A stretch of 64,000 nt of DNA from NCBI RefSeq assembly GCF_036971445.1, contig NC_091481.1, positions 63,426,001 through 63,490,000 on the forward strand. The letters are read 5' to 3'. Below, piece by piece: positions 35,785 through 64,000 of this stretch. A program made the translations under genes and the position numbers. The notes under the pieces are model-generated. The model ran no database searches and was not told the origin of the DNA. It saw only the letters and a list, made by a program, of their open reading frames with translations. The stretch's first letter is position 1. Every line of letters starts with the position of its first letter. The stretch is from Narcine bancroftii. Taxonomy: Eukaryota.

Positions 35785-38499
35785 TTATATATTATAGGTA
35801 AATGCAGATTTTCTTTAGCATACATTTGGCCTCCTGTTCCAACCCCTCCCCCTATTGCTGTGGATTTGCATTGTCTGAAAAGTCCAGAAGACTCTTCCCC
35901 GGCTTCTCACATTCACACAGGAATGAAAGGGCTATCACATGAGGAACATTCGACAGCTCTCGGCCTCTACTCGATGGAATTGAGGAAAAACGGGGGGTTC
36001 TCATTGAAGCATTTCAAATGTTGAAGTGTGTACAGAGTAGATGTAGAAAGGTGTTTGTACGTTTTCCCCTTGTCTGTGTGGGCTCTGATTTCCTCCCACC
36101 CTCCAAAACAAAAAAATTACGGGGGATTGTTGGTCGATTTGGCGGCCCGGGCTTGTGGGCTGGAAAGGGCCCGTGACTGTGCTGCATGGCTACATTTAAA
36201 GGTTGCTTCCCATGGTGGGAGAGTCTGAGATTAAAGGGCACAACTTCAAGATCGAAGAGTGTCCGCTTAGAGCAGAGATGCGGAGGAATTTCTCCGGCCA
36301 GAGAGCAATTAAATTGGCAATGTTTGCTGCCACAGGCGGTTGTGGAGGCCAAGTCTTTGGGTGCATTTAAGGCTGAGATTGGTAGGCCAGGCGTCGAAGG
36401 TTATGGGAAGAAGGGGAGCTGAGTGGGAAAATGGAGCAGCTCATGATTGAATGGCGGGGCAGACTCGATGGGCTGAATAGCCTATTTCTGCTCTTTGGTC
36501 TTAAGTTTCTACCTAGTACATTGAGTACATTCTGAGCAGTCTAACAGGTTATCTCCAACAGACAGCTGTGTAAAGATCACATTATGCAGAGCAAAGATCA
36601 ATTAGCACCAAGGAACGGCAGTTTGATAGTACTGATGGGGTTCATTCAGGAACCTGATAGCTGCAGGGAATGTCTTTGAGCCTGTTGGTCTGTACTCTTG
36701 CTCCTGAACCTTCCCCCCCCCCCCCAAAGGGTGGGGAGTGTGTATCTGGGGTGTGATGGGTTCCCCTGTGCATTGGCTGAGGTCGACGGTCAGTGCTGGG
36801 GAGAGAACCCTCCCGGAGGGAACCCTCCCTATTTTTGTTTGCATTTGGCAATGAACTGGTGACTGACAACTTCACGATGGCAGGATTCAGGGCAGAGGCT
36901 GCCTCCATCTGTCTGACGCCTGGGGCATGAGTGACTGCAGTGACACTGAGCCCGGGCTGCCGACTGGCCCCAGGCTCCCTGTTACCCACAGCGTTGTGGC
37001 GTGGTTGTCCTGCCTACAGCAGTGGGGGGGGGGGGGGAGTTTGTGTAGGGGAGGAGTCCCCGTTAAGCAACCTCCTCCGTCACCGAGGCCACATTCTGAC
37101 AAGGGATATTGGAGGAGACACGGACACAACCCCGGCTGGCAACGTGCACTGGGGTCACAGCCTGCAGCTGAGCCGAGAGAGAGAAAATTAATTAAAATGT
37201 GATGAGGTGATGGAGTTCAGGCAGCACTGCCTATAATCCCTCTCCTAATCTCCCTTGTTCTTACTCATTGCATTCACTTTCAGTTCCTTCCACACCCCCC
37301 TCTTCACAAATGCTCCCATCATATCTCAGTCCCTGCCTTTCTCCATCACCCAGCCCATCCAGAAACTGCCCTGTGTATAGGTTGTTTATGTGGGTCTCCC
37401 TCTATCTCTAGGTGTGTGCGTTTGTTTTTTCCCCACTCTGCCCCCTCGTTTTCTCTCTCTCTCTCGTTCTTTCTCTCTCTCTCCCTCTTCCCCTCACCAT
37501 CCCATTTCTCCTTTTTGTTCTCATCTTTCCCCAGCTCCTGATTTCCTTTTATCCCTCCAACTGTGTTGCCTCTCAATAATCTAGCTCCAGTTAGGCTTGT
37601 ATGGTTCATAATGTCAGGAAAGGCTGCCCAGCTCCTAATTCCATCTGCCGCAGTCCTGCGATGGGTCTCAGGTCTGCAGCCCTTCCCCGTGTCACTGCTT
37701 TCTCTCTGTCAGAAGCTTATTCCAATGACTTGGAGAAGAGGGGGGGTGGGGGGTGGGGGGGGGGGGGTGGTGGGGAGAGTGATTGCCCCAGAACAATGCA
37801 TGCAGAATCAGAGAGAGATCCTCAGGGGAAGGTTGCTCCGAGGTCACGGTCTGGAAAGAGCTGACACGCTTTTCCCAGGCAGGCAGGTGGAGTCTGTTGA
37901 AGCCATTTGTTCTCTGCTTCCCTGGGACTGGCTGGGAGCATCCCCCCCACCCCCCACCCCACTTGGCACTGGGGATGTGACGCTGGCTCAGCAGAGTGTG
38001 AGGAAGGCTCGACAGAAGCGCTGGGTGGAAAGATGGAACAATAGAAACAAAAGGAAGAGCAGATGGGGGAGAAATAGGAGGAGGAGAGGGCTTCTGGCTT
38101 TGGACCTCCCCCGAGAGGTTTGAGGCAGACCCTGCCCTCAGGTGTTGGGGAAGATCTCGCACCTCTCGTGCTGACAGTCCTGTAGGACTTGGGCGATCTG
38201 GCCACCTCCCTCTGCCCCCACCACTCTCCGAAATGTAACTGACACCTTTAGTCTGCTTGGCGTCAGAGCTCGGTGCCCAGTGTTGACACCAGGCTCCAGT
38301 GGAAGCCATGCACTTGAGTGTGGTCCTTTACCCATTCAGTGGCCTTGCCCGGAGGGTCACCAAGATGTTGCAGAAAGCAAGGCTCCCTCCCAGTGACCAT
38401 CTTAGATGGCGACTGGTCCCTACTGTGTTCTGGGGGTGGGGGGGAGTTGCTGGTCTCCATCCTATAATCCAAGTGGGTGCATCCAGGCATCTCACATGC

Positions 38500-38769
38500 A
38501 GACACTTACACGTATGCAGATGCACTCAGACACACATGCTCACTCCTTGCACAACACACACAGAAACTCACTCCTCGCACACAAAAGCTCCCTCCTCGCA
38601 CAACACACTCCTTGCGCACACACACACACTCCCTCCTCGCGCGCACACACTCCCTCCTCGCGCACCCGCTCCTTGCACACACATACTCTTTCACACTTTT
38701 TCACTCATACTAACACTCTCTTGTGCGCATACTTACACACACTCTTTTACACGCATGCACGCGCGCACA

Positions 38770-38802
<33 letters not shown>
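38500..38802. repeat. CA-rich low complexity followed by (CT)n microsatellite
   Basis: Repeated CACAC.CTCCCTCCTCGC units; (TC)n at ~38772-38802. Confidence 0.85.
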
Positions 38803-38806
<4 letters not shown>

Positions 38807-39275
38807 TAAGCAGCCTGACCTTGTTTTTTTTAACCATGTTGGCGACTGCCTGAGTTGCAATCATCCAGGGGGAATAAATGATAAAATCTATGGCGCTCGT
38901 GTGAGGTGGAGACCAGGGCCGCAGAGAATTCTCCACTGTGGTTTGTCTGCCCACGCCCCATCTATGCAAATATGTTTAAAGCTCCTGATTTAATTTGGAC
39001 TTCAAGTCATGTGTGTCCCATGGTAGCATTGTGGTGAACTACTTCACTAACAATCCAGAAAAATCAGTGCAACTGATGTCACTCAAACCCCATTCCCATT
39101 CTTGGGAAGTTTAAATTGTCAGTTAAGTAAATCTGGAATGGCATTGGGTAAGAACCAAAGCTCAGAGTTAAGTGGATCTGTGCATATAACTCTGTGATTA
39201 TCAAAGCACAGAGACCATGGAGAGATTTGAAACTGAGGATGGGAATGTTATTACTGAACAAATATCACTATGGAC

Positions 39276-39429
39276 CAATGGTTCTCCACCTTTCTTTTCT
39301 CCCACTCACATACCACTTGAAGTAATCCTTTACTAACCACTAGACACCCTTGCCATAAGTGCTCTGTGGTTAGTAGGGGATTACTTCAAGTGGTATGTGA
39401 GTGGGGGAAAAAATAATTGAGAACCACTG
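39276..39429. mobile_element. Single-unit hAT-type MITE (monomer of the compound element)
   Basis: CAATGGTTCTCCACC...CCCACTCACATACCACTTGAAGTAATCC / GGATTACTTCAAGTGGTATGTGAGTGGG...GAGAACCACTG, palindromic. Confidence 0.75.
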
Positions 39430-39799
39430 CTTTCAACCTTTAGTCTGCAGGGTTGGGAAAGGGTGAGTGGTAAAATCACTGAATGTTGCGGAGCTGGACA
39501 GGGCGGATGCAGGGGTGACGTCCCCCTTGGTCACAGGTGATGTACAGCCAGGGGTTCCTCTCTCTAAATCATGGCTTGGCCATTCAGGACTGAACTGAAA
39601 ACCAATTTCTCCCCACAGAGGAGTATGAACCTTGGAGTAGTCAAGGCTTAATCAGATCCCTAGGCGTTTGACCGCAGAGACGAGGGGACGGATGTTGGCG
39701 CAGGGAAGTGGCTCAACTGTGATGTCATTGAATGGGGGGAGCGTATCGTTCAGCCCCAGATGCCTCATGGGTCAACCCCCTTCATCCGAAATTCACCAG

Positions 39800-40230
39800 G
39801 TTGATTGAAGGGATTATGAGGAGAGATGGAGTCGACCGGGACTGTACTCGCTGAAATTTAGAAGAATGAAGAGGGGATCTTATAGAAACATAAAATAATA
39901 AGATAGAGGTAGGTAAGTTATTCCCATTGGTGGGGGAGACTAGAACTAGGGGACATATTCAGGTTAGTAGATTTAGGACAGAGATGAGGAGGAACTGCAT
40001 TTCCCAGAGGGGGGTGAATCTGTGGAATTCGTTGCCCATTGAAGTAGCGGAGGTGACCTCAGTAAATGTATTTAAGACCAGGTTGGAGAGATTTCTACAT
40101 AGTCAGGGAATTAAGGGATATGGAGAAAAGACAGGTGGGTGGAGATGATCATTAGATCAGCCATGATCTCATTGAACGGCGGAGCAGGCTCGACGAGCCG
40201 ATTGGCCGACTCCCACTCCTATTTGTTGTA
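39800..40230 (+). mobile_element. CR1 LINE 3' end
   Basis: VGETRTRGH...RFRTEMRRNCISQRGVNLWNSLP; close copy at 49600-49930. Confidence 0.8.
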
Positions 40231-41704
40231 TTGTAATGTTCTTATGTTCATCCAGAGGGACTTGAGGTCCCTCACATGAAAGGACATTGCTGTTGCCACC
40301 CTGCAAACCCTCCACTTCCCCCATCCTCGCTCTCAATAACACCCACCTGTGGCGGGGGTGGGGGGAGGGGGTTGGAATTGCTGGAACGTCTGAATCTGCA
40401 GGAGGCAGAGGTGGGATTGTGGCTTGGCACCAGGAGGAAGAGAGAATGTGGAGGTGGCAGAAACGGTGAGGAGAGATGGGAGTGGGGAAAGTAGGTTGAG
40501 AGATGGGCAGAATAGTCTCTGGATGTAGGGTGAAGGCAGAACCTCACTGTGGGAGTGGTCCAGCTGAGGGAGTGTGGGTAAAAGGAGATCCCATGGCCAC
40601 GAGCACTGTGATCCCACACGGTCTGGGAACCTTCAAGACACCAACTTACTGTGGATTTCAGATTTATTGCCAGAGGACATACATGACATCACATACAATC
40701 CTGAGATTCTTTTTCCAGGGGGCGAGGCAGAATTACCACTTATTGGTAGTGCAAAAAAAAACTGAACTCAATGTGCACAATTCAGAGAGAGAAAAAAAAT
40801 CAATAAATTGCAAAAGAAGAAGTCCTGATTGAGTTTGCCGTTGAGGAGTCTAATGTTTGGCTCCGAATTTTTTTTTGGATAACTGAGGATTTCAGCCAAA
40901 TCGGAAATCTACAATTTCGAAGCCGAAATAACATCACTTCGCCTCCGATAAATTAGGACATTTGAAACGATCAGAAATCCTCAGTCATCCAAAATAGGTG
41001 AACGGACACCACAGGTTGAAAAGAATTTTGGAACAACCTCTGAGTTGACTTTTGAGTTTTTGGAGTTGGGTTTATTTTTTTTTTGTTGTTTTTTTTTGGT
41101 GAGAATTAAACATTATTTCATGCTATAAAAAGCCCTCCCTTGTTGTTGTTCAATAAGTGATCTGCTGTGGCGACTGGGTGGTTTTTAAACAAATGACCAG
41201 TTATCCGAAAAAAAAACGTGGATCCGACATAGGCCTGGTCCCGACCATTTCGGATAATCGGTGTGCGCACTATGTCCAAATCACCTCAGGCCTTATTTCA
41301 CAGAACATATCGTGGACGTTAAGCAATGTTTGCCTGTATTTGGGGGGGGGGGGCTGGAACAGTGTTACTGTGCTGTATGTCTAAAACACCCCACTTAGGA
41401 TAGATTATGTGGTCTGCCAGAGGGAGACCAGTGAAAGAAAAATGAGCTCCTTTCCACTCGTTAGGGGAGATCTCTGTATCTGGTTTGATTCCCCCCACAA
41501 ACTTTCTTCCATTCATTCACCGCCCTCCCCTGGCACTATTGGCGGAGGCTTAAGATGGCGGAGGCTTAAGATGTCACCTTCCCGAGGCACCGGGCGGTCA
41601 ATGAATTCTGGACGCCAACGATCCCTGGGTGACCGGCAGGAACTTCTGCGAGGAACGAGGGAAGGTAAGTGAGTAATGAGTGTTCATCTTCTCTCTCATC
41701 ACAG

Positions 41705-63648
<21,944 letters not shown>

Positions 63649-64000
63649 GTGAGTGTGAGACCTATCTCTCTGGCTAGTTACCCCCACCACTCCTCCTTCT
63701 ACCCCCCCCCCCCCCGAGTGTGCTCGTGGACCCTGGTAAATAGTCCCTCTCCCAGAGTAGGGGAGTGCAGAATTAGAGGGCATGAGGGTGGGGGGGAGGA
63801 GAAGATGCAAAGGGATCTGGGTGGCACGGTTAATGCAACGAACCACTTCACTGCAGGAACCATCACACCTCTGAGCACATCCTGCCTTGATGGTGGACTC
63901 CCTGTTCGAACCCACCTCCTCCTTCTCTACAACCCTCCGAGGTCCCTGCACCTCCCTAGTCCTATTTATGTCCCTCGTTAGACCACAGGTGGAGGTGCTG

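Noticed and set aside
37563-38993. Overlapping 150-200 aa ORFs
   Set aside because: Produced by low-complexity G, CA and CT sequence; no protein-family signal.
1-41704. BRSK exon 1 (YVGPYRLEKTLGKGQT)
   Set aside because: Not found by eye or in the ORF track; presumably upstream of the window, although it could be hidden in an N block.

Overview
Vertebrate nuclear DNA, not prokaryotic. The repeat repertoire (CR1, Rex1/Babar, Penelope-like, V-SINE-type tRNA SINEs, a 5S-derived SINE) suggests a cartilaginous fish, probably a ray; this is inference. The window lies inside one + strand gene, a BR serine/threonine kinase (BRSK1/BRSK2, SAD kinase, AMPK-related family). Ten GT-AG coding exons (2-11; 41705-63648; 984 nt) splice in frame and encode most of the kinase domain plus the UBA domain. 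I could not find exon 1 (Gly-rich loop) in the window, so 1-41704 is most likely the 3' part of a very long intron 1. The gene continues past the right edge. Introns are packed with transposon remnants: LINE fragments, a young RTE-clade LINE, a Tc1 fossil, Chapaev3-like elements with 3-bp TSDs, and hAT and Tigger MITEs. There are also minisatellites and three N blocks. Nearly all ORFs in the ORF track are TE fragments or noise. Most worth following up: a possible unproductive-splicing layer on the kinase (GTAG-GT tandem donor creating a stop at exon 3; CU tract before the 32-nt exon 9; orphan GTAAGT donor with a YY1 motif 40 nt before exon 2); Penelope-borne minimal hammerhead ribozyme motifs and a perfect 70-bp inverted repeat; a 137-nt hairpin; a compound hAT MITE; and an ancient ~40-bp array. 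I found no clearly new biological system that the sequence alone can establish. Repeat boundaries are approximate unless a TSD is given.
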